Assembly: GCA_963769025.1 (NCBI GenBank)
Contig: CAVYKI010000009.1
Location: forward strand, 896,001-960,000
Source: an uncultured Verrucomicrobiae bacterium
GTDB lineage: Bacteria; Verrucomicrobiota; Verrucomicrobiia; Chthoniobacterales; Chthoniobacteraceae
Length of the DNA stretch: 64,000 bases
Reading direction: 5' to 3'
The position numbers and the translations under genes are program-made. The notes beneath the pieces are model-generated. The model had not been told where the DNA came from and made no database searches. It saw only the letters and a list, made by a program, of their open reading frames with translations. Positions 51,944 to 64,000 of this stretch are shown here, one piece after another (the stretch's first letter is position 1; every line of letters begins with the position of its first letter).

Positions 51944-54900
51944 CAGCGGCTCCTGCCGAGTTCCTCGTAGTATCGCCGCACGCGGTCCGAGTATTTCGTG
52001 GGAACAGGATCGCGATCGATGGGCACAAGCGCCTCCTTGGATTCACGCCGCGCGAGTTCCTGGCTGATCCGATCCCGCAGCTCCGCCAGCGGCTTGCCGA
52101 TCTGCATTTTTACGATGTCCCACTTCGGTTCCGCTGCGTTCCTCTTGAACTCCGAGCGCATGACCTTTGCCGCCTCGCGGATGTCCGCGACCTCGCGGCG
52201 CAGTTCCGGCGCATCGAGCATCTCCTCCACATTCCGCAAACGGTCGGACCAGTCCACAAAGCCATCGCCGGTAAGCGGCGCACGCTGGTCAAACTGCGAA
52301 CCGCCAAGTGGTCCGCCGCCTCCCCCGCCAGCGTTGTTCGCGCCGCCGCGCGTGCCCGTCGAAGACGCGAGTTGGGCAAGCCGCGACGACACCTTTCCGT
52401 CCTGCTCCTTGCCGGGTGCACGTCCGGATTGCTGCGCGGAAGATTGATCTTGCCCGCCCTTGCCGTCACCGGACCCGCTGCCCGAGGAGGCGCTCTGCCC
52501 TCCTTTCGATCCGGGCTGGTCGCCGGGCGATTCCCCCTTCCCGCCATCTCCGCCTTTCCCCTCACCTTCGCCCTTGCCCTCGCCCTTGCCTTCACCGGCA
52601 CTCCGAGCCATCTCGCCTTTCCCGTTCTTGCCGGGTTGTCCGCTACCTTCGCCAACCTGCTTTGCTTCCTGCCCAGGCTTTCCATTTTCACTCTGCCCAC
52701 CCGCTTTACCTCCCTTTGAAGGCTGCCCATTTTCGCCCTTCGCTTGTTGGCCATTTCCCTTCTCCGCGGAACCTTCACCGTCGCTGCCATCCTTACCCTT
52801 CTCCCCTTGCGATGGCGCGGAAGCAGCTTGGCCTTCGCCTGCACGCTTGCCCTCGTCTCCTGGCTCCTTGCCTTCACCCGGTTGCCGCGAATCACCGCGT
52901 TTGGAGTCCCCGTCGCCCTTTCCGTCCGGCGAATTTTCTCCGTCGCGTCCCATCCGTTCGGCATTCTCGGCAAGGTCGGGCCTCGCATTGGCAATTTCCT
53001 GATCGAGCTGCTTCCGGAGCGAGTCGAGTTCCGCCCGCGCCTGGCGCAACGCCTCCGCTTCATCGCCCAGCACGCTCTCCGCCGCCCGCTCGACGCCTGA
53101 TTTCACTTTCTCCACCTCGCCGCGCGCCTTCTCCTCGAATTGCTTCACCTGCGCACCGTAGCCGCGCCGCGCAAGTTCGCCCGCCTTCTGCAAAGTCTCA
53201 TCCGTGCCTGCCTGCGTGTTCTCGCGAAGCGTGTCGTAGAGCTGCTTCGCCAGCAAAGGCTCCGCCGCTTCCGCATCCGCGGAAACGCGCTGCATCTGCT
53301 CGCGCACATCGTTGAGCCCCTTTTGCTGACGCTCGAAATCCTGCGAAAGCTTCTCCTGCGGGCTTGAACCGTCGAGCGTCCGCCTCTCGTTGCCCTTCGG
53401 TTTCGCGTCGAGCTGCTCCGCGATCTCCTGCTGACGCTGCGCCAGTTCGCGCGCATCCGCACGCATCTGCCGCATCTCATCCTTGAACTGTCCGCTCGCC
53501 TTTTTGCGCAGGTCGTCGCGCATCTTCTGGAATCCCTCCTCCGCACGCTTGCCCTCCGCGAGCGCCCGCGACGACTCGCCCTTCTGCATGGATTCCGCGG
53601 CCTGCTGCGCATCGTTCCGCGTCTTTTCGAGCTGCTTCCGCTCCTCGGAAAAGCGCGACTGGTTCTCGCTCTTGTCGAGCTTCTGCCGGAGTTCGTCCGC
53701 ATCGGCGAGGAGCTGCTGCTGCTCCTCCTGCAGACGCTTGAGCTGACGCTTCGCCTCCTCGCGCTCCTTTTCCGTCTTCGCCTCCTCCATCGCAGTCTGC
53801 AGTTCCTTCACGCGTTCGTTGATGTCCTGCTGCCGCTGCGCGAGCTCCTTCAGGCGGTTCAAAACGGCGAGCTGCTCCTTTTGCTGTTCGTTCTGCGGCT
53901 GCTCGGCCTCCTTCTGCGTCTCGTAACGCTTCTTCTCGTCCTTCATCTCGAGCTGGTCGAGCTGTGCACGGTTCCTCTCACCCTGCTGGCCCTTGCCTTT
54001 GCCCTGCTGCTGGTTCCGCTGCACGCGAAACTCATGCGCCGCCAGTTTCAGCAGCCCGTTGTAAGCCGCCTGTTCCGCCGCGAGCGCCTCCGCCAGCGGC
54101 GCGGTGGACTTCTCCGCGGCAGTTAGGTGATTCAATGCGCGCTCCATTTCCAGAATCACGTTCGCGACGAGTGCGGCGGACTTCGGCTCCTCGATTTTCT
54201 CCGCGAGCTTCTGCGCCATGCCGAGGGCCTCCGCCTGCGAATCCTTCACCACCGGCTCGTCCTTCAGGTACTTCTCACTCGGCGCAGCCGCACCACCCTG
54301 ATCCTCGCTCCGTTTCAGATTCCACGTCGCGCTGATGATCTGCTTCTGCAGATCCGCCAGCTTCGTCGCCTCCTCGCCCTGCCCGCCGCCTTGCTGCGAC
54401 TGCCCGCCGGCGCTTTCGTCGCCGGGCCGGTAGATTTCCTCGAAAGGCCGCACCTCGGCAAAAAACATGTCGCCCTCCGTCCGGCGCGGCTTTCCGTCCG
54501 GCCCCACGTCCTCGGCCCACACGTGCCACGACACGAGTTCGTCCACCTTCACGCCGATGTCCTCGAGCTTCAGCAGATGTTCGAGATGCAACCGCTCATC
54601 CGGCTTCGAATCGCGGGCGAGACGAAATCTCCTTCGTCTCGCCGCCACCGATGGAATAGCTGATGCCCGCCGCACGCAGGCCAAAATCGTCCCACGCCTC
54701 CACGCGGAACGCGATCTCCTCAATCTGCGAAACACGCTGGTCGCCCTTCGGCGTCACGACCTTCAGTTCCGGCCTGCGGTTCGGCAGCGCATCGAGCGTG
54801 AAGGTCGCCGGAAGCTTGTTCGATCGCGCCCTCCGCGTCTTTGAGTTTCAGCTCCCACACCGCGCTCGCGCGGACCGGGAAATCCTTCAACTCCGCCACG

Positions 54901-55898
54901 GCTTTTGCGGGATCGATCACCAGCGGCACCACGCTCCCGTCCTTCGCCACGAGCGAGGCGGAAGTCACCGGCTTGTTCAATTGGAACGAGACATCCAGCG
55001 TCGCGCCTTGCTCGGCACCGACGCGGCGCGTGTCCGCAATCACCTTGTCCGGCAGTTTCGCAAACTCGGGATGCCGCACCCGCGCATCCGCGCGTTCGAG
55101 CCGCGGATGCTCGAAGACCTTCACATGAAAATCGCGCGACGCGTGTCCGGAAAATTCCACACGATACGACAGGTCGCCCGGCACCTCGGGCACGCCTCCG
55201 CCGAAGACCGGATCATCGAGATTCTTCACCATCGCGATGCGCTGGACGGGCTTGTTCACCGGGCTGAGCACCAGCACCGCTTCGCTCGGCACGTTCTGGC
55301 CGAACTTCGCCAGCACCACGAGGCCGCTCCCACGTTCCAATTCCACATCCCCCGGTGTGACGCTGATCTCCTCCTCCACCATTCCCGCAACTGCGCGACC
55401 GACGTCTGCTTTCTCCCCGAGCAATCCCATGATCGCAAAGCCGAGCAACGCCAGCATTCCAAATTGAAATGCCGCCGCGGAGACCAGTTGGAGAGCCGGC
55501 ACCGTCCTCACACAATCGCGTCGCCGCACTTCCGCGACCGCATGGGCGACCACCCGTTGCTGGAGAAAGTTCAACGTACCGCCCTTCACCTCGGGGCTCT
55601 GTTCCACCGCGGTGAGCAGCAAGGCATGCAAGTCGGGATGCTGCGACTCCACGCTCCTCGCGATCGCCGCGTAATCGGCCTTTGAAACCGCAAGGTTCCT
55701 CCGGATGAGGACCCATGACAGCAAAATTCCAACCAGCAGCGCTCCAAGAGCGACGCCCTTTCCAACATGCATGGAGGCGCCCAGAAATCCCAATCCCGCG
55801 AGCGTGAGCCAACAGCCGCCCAGCAGCAGCATCAGGCGGCGGAATTTCTGACGCCGGACGATGGGTTCCAGCGCGGTCTTGAGCAGCGGAAGAGTCAT
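51943..55898 (-). CDS. Large DUF4175-like membrane/coiled-coil protein (frameshifts near 54600-54830)
   Basis: N-terminal TMs, Ig-like region, long Q/E/K coiled coil, Gly-rich linker, C-terminal DRDPVPTKYSDRVRRYYEELG. Confidence 0.75.
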
Positions 55899-57967
55899 GA
55901 TGAGACCTCGGGGTTGCGGCGGGTTGCGGAAAGCTTCGCAGCGATGGCGGTTTCCACCAGCAGGAACATCACGGCGGCGATGACCAGCCAGCGCCACAAT
56001 TTCTGCCGCTGCTCCACCTCCATCGCCAGCGCGTGGACGCCCTCGGCGGCAGCCTTCTGCGAACCGGCATCGCCGGCTTCACCCATCGGCATCGCGAGCG
56101 CGGCGAGCTGGTCTCGACCGAGCGGCGATGTCCGGCTCTCCTCGGGATCGAGATTCACGACGAAGCGCAGTTCGCCCGGATTCGCGACATAGATTCCTGG
56201 CTGGTCCGTTCCTGCGAAATTTCCACCCTCAGCCACCGGAACTTCCGACCCATCAGCCTTCCGCATCGTGTAGGCTTTTGGTCCGGGAGGGAGCGCGATT
56301 TCATCGCCGACAAAATATTGCGCCTTCGCCGGCGGAAGCCCCGCGCTGTCGTCGAGCATCGAGTGCAGGAGCGGCACGAACTTCGAGGAAAGCGCGAGCT
56401 GGCTGTCCACCGGGCGCCAGCTGCTCGTGAGCACGATCACCCCGCCCTTGCCGAGAGGAACCTTCATGATCGCCGGGTCGCGGTTGTCGAAACTCGCGAG
56501 CACTTGGGCGCCCGGCAGTTTCGTCGCATCGATCCTGCGGTGATGCCAGAAATGGATCTTCGTGAAATCGCTGAACCGGGGATCGGCAAACGGCGCAAAC
56601 AACGGGCTCTGAAAATCGATCTGCGCGAGCAGCGCGAAGTCACGCGCAGCAGCCTCCTCCGCTGCAAGCCCGGGTATTTCCAGCAATCGCCCCAATGCCC
56701 CCGCGCTCTCGGCGTTGGTCATCGGAAAGACGACCAGCCGCCCATCGCGCGCGAACTGACGCGCCGCGGCAAGCTGCGAATCCGTCGCTCCGTCGCCGAT
56801 GAAGATCATCTGTGCCTTTTGCAGTTCAAATGCCGCGACTGCGTCCCCCGCCCTCCGCGCGGAAATTTCGACAATCTCCTGCATCGTCTGCGGAAACGCA
56901 CGCCGCAGATAGAACAGCGATCCCCGGATGTCGTCCTCCGCGTCGGTGCCGAGGAACATCACCGGCACACGGCGCGGCTGCGGCGGGAGCAGCCACAGCG
57001 CATTGTCAAAATCGGCGGCATCGCCCGTCAGCACGAGTCTGTTCGCGCCCTCGGGAAGTTTCGGGATGCTGATCACGGTGCTCTGGCCCGCCGGGACGTA
57101 GGCATCGAGCCCAGCGTCGGCCTCCGCCCCCCAAGCCAGACGAAACCGCTCGGACGTCGCCTCTGCTGCGTTATGAATTCGCAAGCGCATCTTCTCATCC
57201 TTGTCAGCCGCCTCCTTCTGTTCTCCGCCGACGAGCCACTGCGCCGATGCATTGCCCGGCTTCGTCGCATTCACCGACTCAAATCGCACCGTCACGTTTG
57301 GCGGCCATTCCAGTCCCTGAAGTCCGTCGAGCCTCGCCCCCTCCTGCATGTCGCTGATGACGACAATCTCCCCGCGCGCCGGAGTGGTTTGCCGGGCGCC
57401 GCTGATAAGGTCCAGCGCCTGCAAAACGGCCGCGCCCAGATTCGTCCCCGCCCATCCGGGGCTCGCAGCCGCCAGTTGCCGGATCGCCGCGGGGACGCGT
57501 TGATCGACGGGCATCGTGCTCCATTGCTCCATGTCCATGAGCACTCGCGGAGTTCGATCGAAGGCCAGCACCGCCACGGCGTCCAGCGGCGTCATCGTCT
57601 TCAGCAGCGCCTCCGCCCTTTCCTGTGCCTGCTTCCAGAGCGTCTCGCGCCGCATGCTCGCGCTCACATCCACGAGGATTGCCAACCGCCTCGCCTGGGC
57701 ACCCGCATCGGCTGTCTTCGCGCTGCTCTCGCGGAAAAAAGGACGCGCAAAGCCGAATGCCAGCGCGAGCAATACGAGACATCGCAGCAGCAGCAGCCAC
57801 AGATTTTCGATGCGGCTCTTGCTCGTGACGCGTGGCGGCGTCGGCTGCAGGAACATGAGCGTGCTGAACGGCTTCACCTCGCGCGTCGTGCGGCGGATGA
57901 GGTGGAAAATGATCGGCCCCACGACCGCCAGCGCACCGAGCAGAAAGAGCGGCGAGAGGAAGTTCAT
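55895..57967 (-). CDS. BatA-domain plus vWA membrane protein
   Basis: MNFLSPLFLLG..PIIFHL..FSTLMFL..LLLLRCL..FARP, MIDAS DVSASM, ISDMQ, C-terminal TM LWRWL..LVET. Confidence 0.9.
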   Translation of the reverse strand: MNFLSPLFLLGALAVVGPIIFHLIRRTTREVKPFSTLMFLQPTPPRVTSKSRIENLWLLLLRCLVLLALAFGFARPFFRESSAKTADAGAQARRLAILVDVSASMRRETLWKQAQERAEALLKTMTPLDAVAVLAFDRTPRVLMDMEQWSTMPVDQRVPAAIRQLAAASPGWAGTNLGAAVLQALDLISGARQTTPARGEIVVISDMQEGARLDGLQGLEWPPNVTVRFESVNATKPGNASAQWLVGGEQKEAADKDEKMRLRIHNAAEATSERFRLAWGAEADAGLDAYVPAGQSTVISIPKLPEGANRLVLTGDAADFDNALWLLPPQPRRVPVMFLGTDAEDDIRGSLFYLRRAFPQTMQEIVEISARRAGDAVAAFELQKAQMIFIGDGATDSQLAAARQFARDGRLVVFPMTNAESAGALGRLLEIPGLAAEEAAARDFALLAQIDFQSPLFAPFADPRFSDFTKIHFWHHRRIDATKLPGAQVLASFDNRDPAIMKVPLGKGGVIVLTSSWRPVDSQLALSSKFVPLLHSMLDDSAGLPPAKAQYFVGDEIALPPGPKAYTMRKADGSEVPVAEGGNFAGTDQPGIYVANPGELRFVVNLDPEESRTSPLGRDQLAALAMPMGEAGDAGSQKAAAEGVHALAMEVEQRQKLWRWLVIAAVMFLLVETAIAAKLSATRRNPEVSS

Positions 57968-58920
57968 GCCGCGCCCTTCCTGCGGATGAGCTTCCCGCGG
58001 ACCGAACGCGCCTTCAGGAAATCAAACAGCGCGAGTTCGAGCGGCTTCGACGTGTCCAGGAGCACGTGACTGATGCCAAGCCCTTCGCACGAGGCGCGCA
58101 CCGACTCCACATGAGCCTCCAGCCGGCGCACATAATCCGCGCGCGCGAGCGAAGGATCGAGGAACAGATCGCGCCCGGTTTCCATGTCGAGAAAACGCGC
58201 GGCCTGATCGAAATCGAACGTGCGCTCCGCGGGATCGAGCACCTGGAAGACGATCACCTCATGCCGGCTCGCGGTGAGCAGTGACAGCGCGTCGGAAAGC
58301 GCATCCACCGGCGCGAGCAGATCGCTGATGAGCACGATGAGGCTGCGTTTCCTCACCAATTCCGCGATGCGCCGCAGCGGCGTGGCGAGATCCGTGCTGC
58401 TGCCGGATGCCGGCTTTTCCAGCGCGAGCATGAGCTGGCGCAGATGACCGGGACGGTTCCGCGCAGGCAGGTATTCGCGCACCTGTTCGTCGAACGTGAG
58501 CAGCCCCGTGGCGTCGCCCTGATGCGAAAGAAAATACGCGAGCGTCGCCGCGAGCGTGCGGGCGTAGTCGGCCTTCGTGTATCCGCGCGAGCCGAAGGTC
58601 ATCGACCGGCTGCCATCGACCAGCAGGTGGCAACGCAGGTTCGTCTCGTCCTCGAATTTCTTGATGAAATAGCGATCGGTCCGCGCGACGAGCTTCCAGT
58701 CGAGATACCGCGGATCGTCGCCCGGCGTGTACTGCCGATATTCGGTGAACTCGACCGAGAACCCGTGATACGGGCTGCGATGAATCCCGTGCCAGAAACC
58801 CTCGACGATCGCGCGCGCCCGCAGTTCGAGGTTGCGGATCGCCATCAGCGCCGCGGGATCGAGAAATGACGCGCCGCCCGCCTGGGCTGGGCTTGTCGAA
58901 TTCGGCGGCGCTACGGACAT
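57964..58920 (-). CDS. DUF58 (vWA-like) protein
   Basis: GIHRSPYHGFSVEFTEYRQYTPGDDPRYLDWK, DGSRSM, ISD. Confidence 0.93.
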   Translation of the reverse strand: MSVAPPNSTSPAQAGGASFLDPAALMAIRNLELRARAIVEGFWHGIHRSPYHGFSVEFTEYRQYTPGDDPRYLDWKLVARTDRYFIKKFEDETNLRCHLLVDGSRSMTFGSRGYTKADYARTLAATLAYFLSHQGDATGLLTFDEQVREYLPARNRPGHLRQLMLALEKPASGSSTDLATPLRRIAELVRKRSLIVLISDLLAPVDALSDALSLLTASRHEVIVFQVLDPAERTFDFDQAARFLDMETGRDLFLDPSLARADYVRRLEAHVESVRASCEGLGISHVLLDTSKPLELALFDFLKARSVRGKLIRRKGAA

Positions 58921-58929
58921 GGACTGGCG

Positions 58930-59943
58930 CTATTTCACCGTCTCCAGGATGCGTTCAATCACCTTCTCGACCGTCACGCCTTCCGCCTCGGCGCGATAGT
59001 TCACCAGCACGCGATGCCGCAGCACCGGCGCGGCAAGCGCGATGATGTCCTCCTTCGTCACGTGCGCGCGGCCATGCGAGCAGCGCGCGGGCCTTTGCGC
59101 CGAGGATGAGGAACTGCGCGGCACGCGTCCCCGCGCCCCAGCTCACCCAGTCGTTCACGAAATCCGGCGTGCCCGCCTGCCGCGGACGCGTGGCTGCGAC
59201 GCAAGCCGCACGGCGAAACGCACGAGGTCTTCCGCGATCGGCACCTTCCGCACGAGCTCGTGGAATCGCAGCACGTCCTCGCCCGTGAAAAGCGGCTCGA
59301 TGGCTTCGCCAGCCGCGGCGGTCGTCCGCTGCACCACGGCGACCTCGTCGTCCTCGGGCAGGTAGTCGATCACCACGTTGAACATGAACCGGTCGAGCTG
59401 CGCCTCGGGCAGCGGATACGTGCCTTCCATTTCGATCGGGTTCTGCGTCGCGAGCACGAAGAACGGCTCCGGCAGCGCATAGCGCCGCCCGCCCGCGGTG
59501 ACCTGATGCTCCTGCATCGCCTCGAGCAGCGCGGCCTGCGTCTTCGGCGGCGTGCGGTTGATTTCGTCCGCCAGCAGCATGTTGCCGAAGATCGGCCCCG
59601 GCACGAACACGAGCTCGCGGCCATCCGCGCCTTCCTGCAGGATCTCCACGCCCGTGATGTCCGTCGGCATGAGGTCCGGCGTGAACTGAATGCGGCGGAA
59701 CTCGAGGTGAAAAATCTGCGCGATGGATTTCACGAGCAGCGTCTTCGCCAGACCCGGCGCGCCGGTGATCAGGCAGTGCCCGCCCGCAAACAGCGCGATG
59801 AGGATCTGCTCGATCACCTCGTGCTGCCCGACGATGACCTTGCCGAGTTCCTTCAGGATCCGCGGACGCGCTGCCGTGAGTTGTTCGAACGTTGCGGCAT
59901 CGCCGTCGGGTGTTGAAACGCTGCTGGCTGGCTGGGTGGTCAT
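58930..59943 (-). CDS. moxR: MoxR-family AAA+ ATPase (frameshifts near the 3' end)
   Basis: [62 protein letters not shown]. Confidence 0.95.
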
Positions 59944-59975
59944 GGATGAAAGTGCGGGCGCGCGATGCGGGAGTC

Positions 59976-60904
59976 TCAGTGCGTCATCGCGTAGAAGATG
60001 ATGTTGATGCCCAGCGGGTACGCCTTCTTCTCGGAGAACTCGTGGAAGTAATAGTCGTTCTCGCCTTCGCGCTCCCAGCCGTCGCCGTTGTCGGTGTTGT
60101 GGCTGGCGATGACCATGATGCGCCCCTTGTCGTCGAAGATGCCGCGGATGTGCATTTCGTGCAATCCTCGTAGCTGCCGTCCTTTCGGATGTCGCTCCCA
60201 CGTCACCGCCGCTGTACTGGCTCGTCGCGCCCGTGCGCCACGTTTGGGCATCTGGAGATTGAGCTCGTCCAGGCTGAGGTCGAAGACGCAGTGGAAGATC
60301 GGATGGTCCGCGGCAGTTCCACGAACTCGCGGTCGGGAAAGACCCGCTTCATTTGCTCCGCGAAGCACTCCCACTCGCCCTCGCCCCAGAAATCGTCGAC
60401 CATCAGGAAGCCGCCGTTGAGCAGGTAGCGGCGGAGGATGGGAACCTCCTCGTCGCTGCAAGAGCAGCGCGCCCGGCTCGACCATGTAGATGAACGGATA
60501 GTCGGACGAGTTCCGGGTCGGTGAGGTCGAAGGATGCGCCCATTCGGATCGACCTTCATCGAGGTCATCTGCTGGAGCCGGAAGGAGAGGTTCAGGTCGC
60601 GTCCGGGAAATCCGTGATCCAGCTCGCCGCACTCGGCCGCGCCGCTCGGATCGCTGTCGCGGATGATGCGCGACGAACGTGAAACACGTCCTTGTCAAAT
60701 CCGGGCGCATTCTTCCACATCGGGCGTGCCGGTGCTGTGCGATGCGATTTCGCGCGCCGTCTTCACCACGCGCACATCCACAGGGACTCCGCCTTCGCTG
60801 TAGTAGATCGGCCCGTCGCTGTATCGGCGGCTGCGGCGCTGCGCGAAGCTCAGGCTCGCGAACAACACGAGCATCACCACGAACATCGCGCCCCGTGATT
60901 TCAT
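59976..60904 (-). CDS. DUF4159-domain exported protein (frameshifted)
   Basis: Signal peptide, [55 protein letters not shown]. Confidence 0.85.
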
Positions 60905-63481
60905 GGCTTGGCCGCACTCTTCGCGGGGGCCTTCGATGCTTTCGACTGCCATCTCCAGCAAAAGCGCATGCGCCTCGCGGAAACGCGGCGCTTCCTCGAG
61001 CGCGAGCAGCACCTCGCGCTTCGCTCCCGCATCGCCCGTCGAGTGCAGGGCGCGGGCGAGGCGATAGTGGACCTCCGGCTGATCCGGCGGATTCAGCGCG
61101 AGCAGCGTGCGGTATGCGCGAATCGCACCGCGCCTTGTCGCCCGTGGCTTCGCGCGCCTCCGCGATGCGGTGATACGGCTCGTGGGCCAGCGGATTGACG
61201 CCGGTAAAATGCTCCGCGTTGGCGAGCACCGTTCGCCAGTCCTTGCGTGCGGCCGCGATTTCCATCAGCCGCGCGTAGGCCTCCGGAGCATCGCTGCAGA
61301 GCTCCGTGACCTTGTTCAGCATCGCCTCCTCAGCCGCAGCCTCGCCGAGTTCACGATGGGCGTGAGCGAGCAACGCGTACGCGCTCTCCGAATCATGCTG
61401 GTTGGGATAAAGTGCGATCAGTTTCAGCAAGGGGGCCTTGGCGGCCGCCCACTGCTTCTCCTTGAGCAGCGCCTTCGCCTGTTCCATCAGCGCCGTGAAG
61501 TTGTCCGGATTCCTCGCGATCCAATCCTTGAGCTTCGGCTCGCTCGCGATGTCAGCGGGTGCGGGCTTTGCCCAGTCGAGCTTCGGTCCGGTGCCGTTCG
61601 CGAGGCTGCGGGCGTGTGCTGCAAACTCGGCATCGAGTTTCTCCATCGGCGCAAAGTGCGCGGCGAGCGCGTCGTTGATCGCCACACCGCGCGCGAGATC
61701 CCCGAGCAGCGCCGCATCTTCTCCATCCCCCACTTTTTCACCAGCCACTCGACCACGAGCGACGACTCGTAATACGCGAACTGCAGATGCGCGCCGTCTT
61801 CGGGCGAAGGAAAGCTCCGCTGAGCTGGCTCACCGGCGTCAGATCCTTTCCCAGGATCATCGCGCGGTAACGCGGCGTCATGTGCTCACCCCAGTTGGCC
61901 CGTGCCTGCCGTTCCTCATAGACGCTGATGCCTTCGCTCAGCCAGCGCGGCATCTTGTTCTTCGTCAGCGTGAGCGTGACGACGTGCGTGAACTCGTGCC
62001 AGAGCACCGCCTGCCAGTTCGACGGACTCCCTGGGCGCGACGCGGGGCTGTTCGCAGTGATGACGCGGCCGAAACACACGCCCAGATAACCCGCGCCACC
62101 CGGCAGACCGAAGGTGCGAATCGCGAAATCCTTCTGATCGGGAAAAATCTCCACCATCGTCCGTTCACCGGGCGGCAAGCCGTATTTCTTCGTCAGCGTC
62201 GCGTGCGCACGCTCGAGCAGCGCGAGGACATCCGCGCCATAGACATCCGCCTCACGCGGATCCATGCGCACCTGAAAATGCTCGCTCTTCAGCACCCGGA
62301 AATGCGCGATGGTGTCGCGCAACTGCGTGAGGTTGAAAGCCACCACGTCGTAAGGGTCCGCCTTCTGCACCTCGTCCGCGAGCCGCCAGCCTTCCTCGTC
62401 GCGCCCCAGCCGCAGGAGATCCTGCGCGAGCTGAATCTTCGCCGGCAAGAAATCCGGTTCAAACTTGAGCGCCTGCCGCTGCAAGCTCCGCGCCCTCCGC
62501 AAACCGGTAATGCTGCGAAAGCTTGCGGCCGATGAGGTGCGGCACGGACGGATTGGTCGGCCACAGCTTCACCGCCTCGGCCCGCGAAGCCGCCGCACCT
62601 TTTGCATCCGAGCGGATATTCGCCAGCACTGCGCGGAACGCATGCGCCTCCGGGTGGCGGGGATTCACCCGCAACACCTCCGCGAGCTGCTTTTCGGCCT
62701 CGGAGTAGTTTTCCGAGTCGATCGCATGGTCCGCGAGCATCAGATGCGCACCAGCGTGGTTTGGATTCAGCTCCAGCGTCTTCTCGATCTGCTCCTCCGC
62801 GGCCTCGCTGTCGCTCGGCGCAAATGCGCGTGCCAGGCCAAAGTGAGCCTCCGAGTTCTCCGGAAACTTCTTCACCGCCGCCGCATAGCTCTTTGCCGCA
62901 AGTGCGAAGTCATGCTTCGCCAGCGCGAGATCACCGGTCGCCAGATAGGTGCCCGGAAAATCCGGATTCAGCTTTTTGACAGGATCGAAAAACAGCTCCG
63001 TGACCCGCTTCGGATCCGCCCCGAGGAGGATCGCCGCCCTTCCCAACGCCACGCGATCCGGAGGCTCGCGGTAGGCCCACTCGCGCTGCCCGCCGAAACG
63101 ATCCATCTCTTCCTTCAACGTTTTCGCGCGTTCCGTGTCACCATTGGCGCGGCAGACGTCGAAGCCCACGATCCGCAGCCGCATCGAATACGGGAATCGC
63201 TCAAGCGCCGCCGAAAGCACCTGTTGCGCCTCGGGGTACTTCCCCAGCGCCATCGACGCCTCGATCTTCAGCAGCGGCCAGTCCTCGACTTCAGGCTGAG
63301 TCTTTTCCGCCGCGCCCGCCACGTCCGCGGCATCGGCATATTTCCCCGCGAGCAACTGCTTGCGCACCGCATCGACATCCTCCGCGCTCAGGGCCGGCGC
63401 GCAGAAAGCGAAACTCGCCATCATCGCCACCGCCGACAATCCACCGCGGAAACCGAGCGGAAGAAAAGTCTGAAGCGACAT
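60901..63481 (-). CDS. Exported TPR protein with a gluzincin (peptidase MA-like) domain (frameshifted)
   Basis: Signal peptide, TPR arrays on both sides of VLWHEFTHV..PRWLSEGIS. Confidence 0.85.
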
Positions 63482-63620
63482 CGCAGCCAGACTAGACCCC
63501 TCAAACTGCGTTCCTCAAGCAGTGACCTCGTAATTTCTCTGTGCGGGTCGGACGGAATTGCACTTTTCGCTTGCCCGGAATTTTCTTCTGCGGATAGTCA
63601 CCGCACTGTCTTTCAGCAAC

Positions 63621-63693
<73 letters not shown>

Positions 63694-63772
63694 CTCCTTC
63701 TTTGGTTCTCAAAAACGGAGCCGCTGGCTGGACTGGCCTCGAACCGCATCCGCTGCCACGAATCGCGAACAC

Positions 63773-64000
63773 TCAGGGCCAGTTTGCAGCAAGCTCGGCG
63801 AGCGTTCGCACGCCAAATCCCGTCGCGCCCTTCGCAAGCGCGATGCCGTCCTTGTTGCGGTGGGACATGTAGGCGATGTCGAGGTGCACCCACGGCGTCT
63901 TTTCCGCAAAAGTCCGCAGGAACGCCGCCGCCGTACAGGCTCCCGCCAGGCGCCCGCCGCTGTTTTTCAGCAGGGCGACGTCGCTCCGGATCGCTTCGTC
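63773..64000 (-). CDS. pepA: Leucyl aminopeptidase (M17), C-terminal end
   Basis: SDVALLKNSGGRLAGACTAAAFL..WVHLDIA..GATGFGVRTL; TGA at 63773-63775. Confidence 0.93.
   Translation of the reverse strand, partial: DEAIRSDVALLKNSGGRLAGACTAAAFLRTFAEKTPWVHLDIAYMSHRNKDGIALAKGATGFGVRTLAELAANWP

Overview
High-GC bacterial chromosomal segment. Gene content and protein style suggest Verrucomicrobiota, possibly Chthoniobacterales (inference). It is mostly housekeeping: gyrB-like 5' end, rpmI-rplT-pheS-pheT, lgt, purF/purM, glnD, pgi, dnaX, proC, bioF, tRNA-Ala(CGC) and a pepA 3' end. It also holds a TolC/MFP/CusA-type RND efflux operon and two large, poorly understood operons. The first is a 6-gene circularly permuted ATP-grasp / alpha-E / transglutaminase / DUF2126 cluster with no Anbu peptidase, whose alpha-E protein ends in a poly-Gln tail. 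The second is an 8-gene coupled operon: TPR-metallopeptidase, DUF4159, MoxR, DUF58, BatA-vWA, DUF4175-like, vWA-GATase-like and a caspase-fold protein. Non-coding signals read directly from the sequence: a ~185-nt 6S RNA candidate, GTAG-type REP inverted pairs that supply gene stop codons, and structured spacers at rpmI-rplT and dnaX-proC. Many essential genes are frameshifted in patches, most likely assembly or long-read error rather than pseudogenisation. All family calls come from motif recognition; no database search was run.
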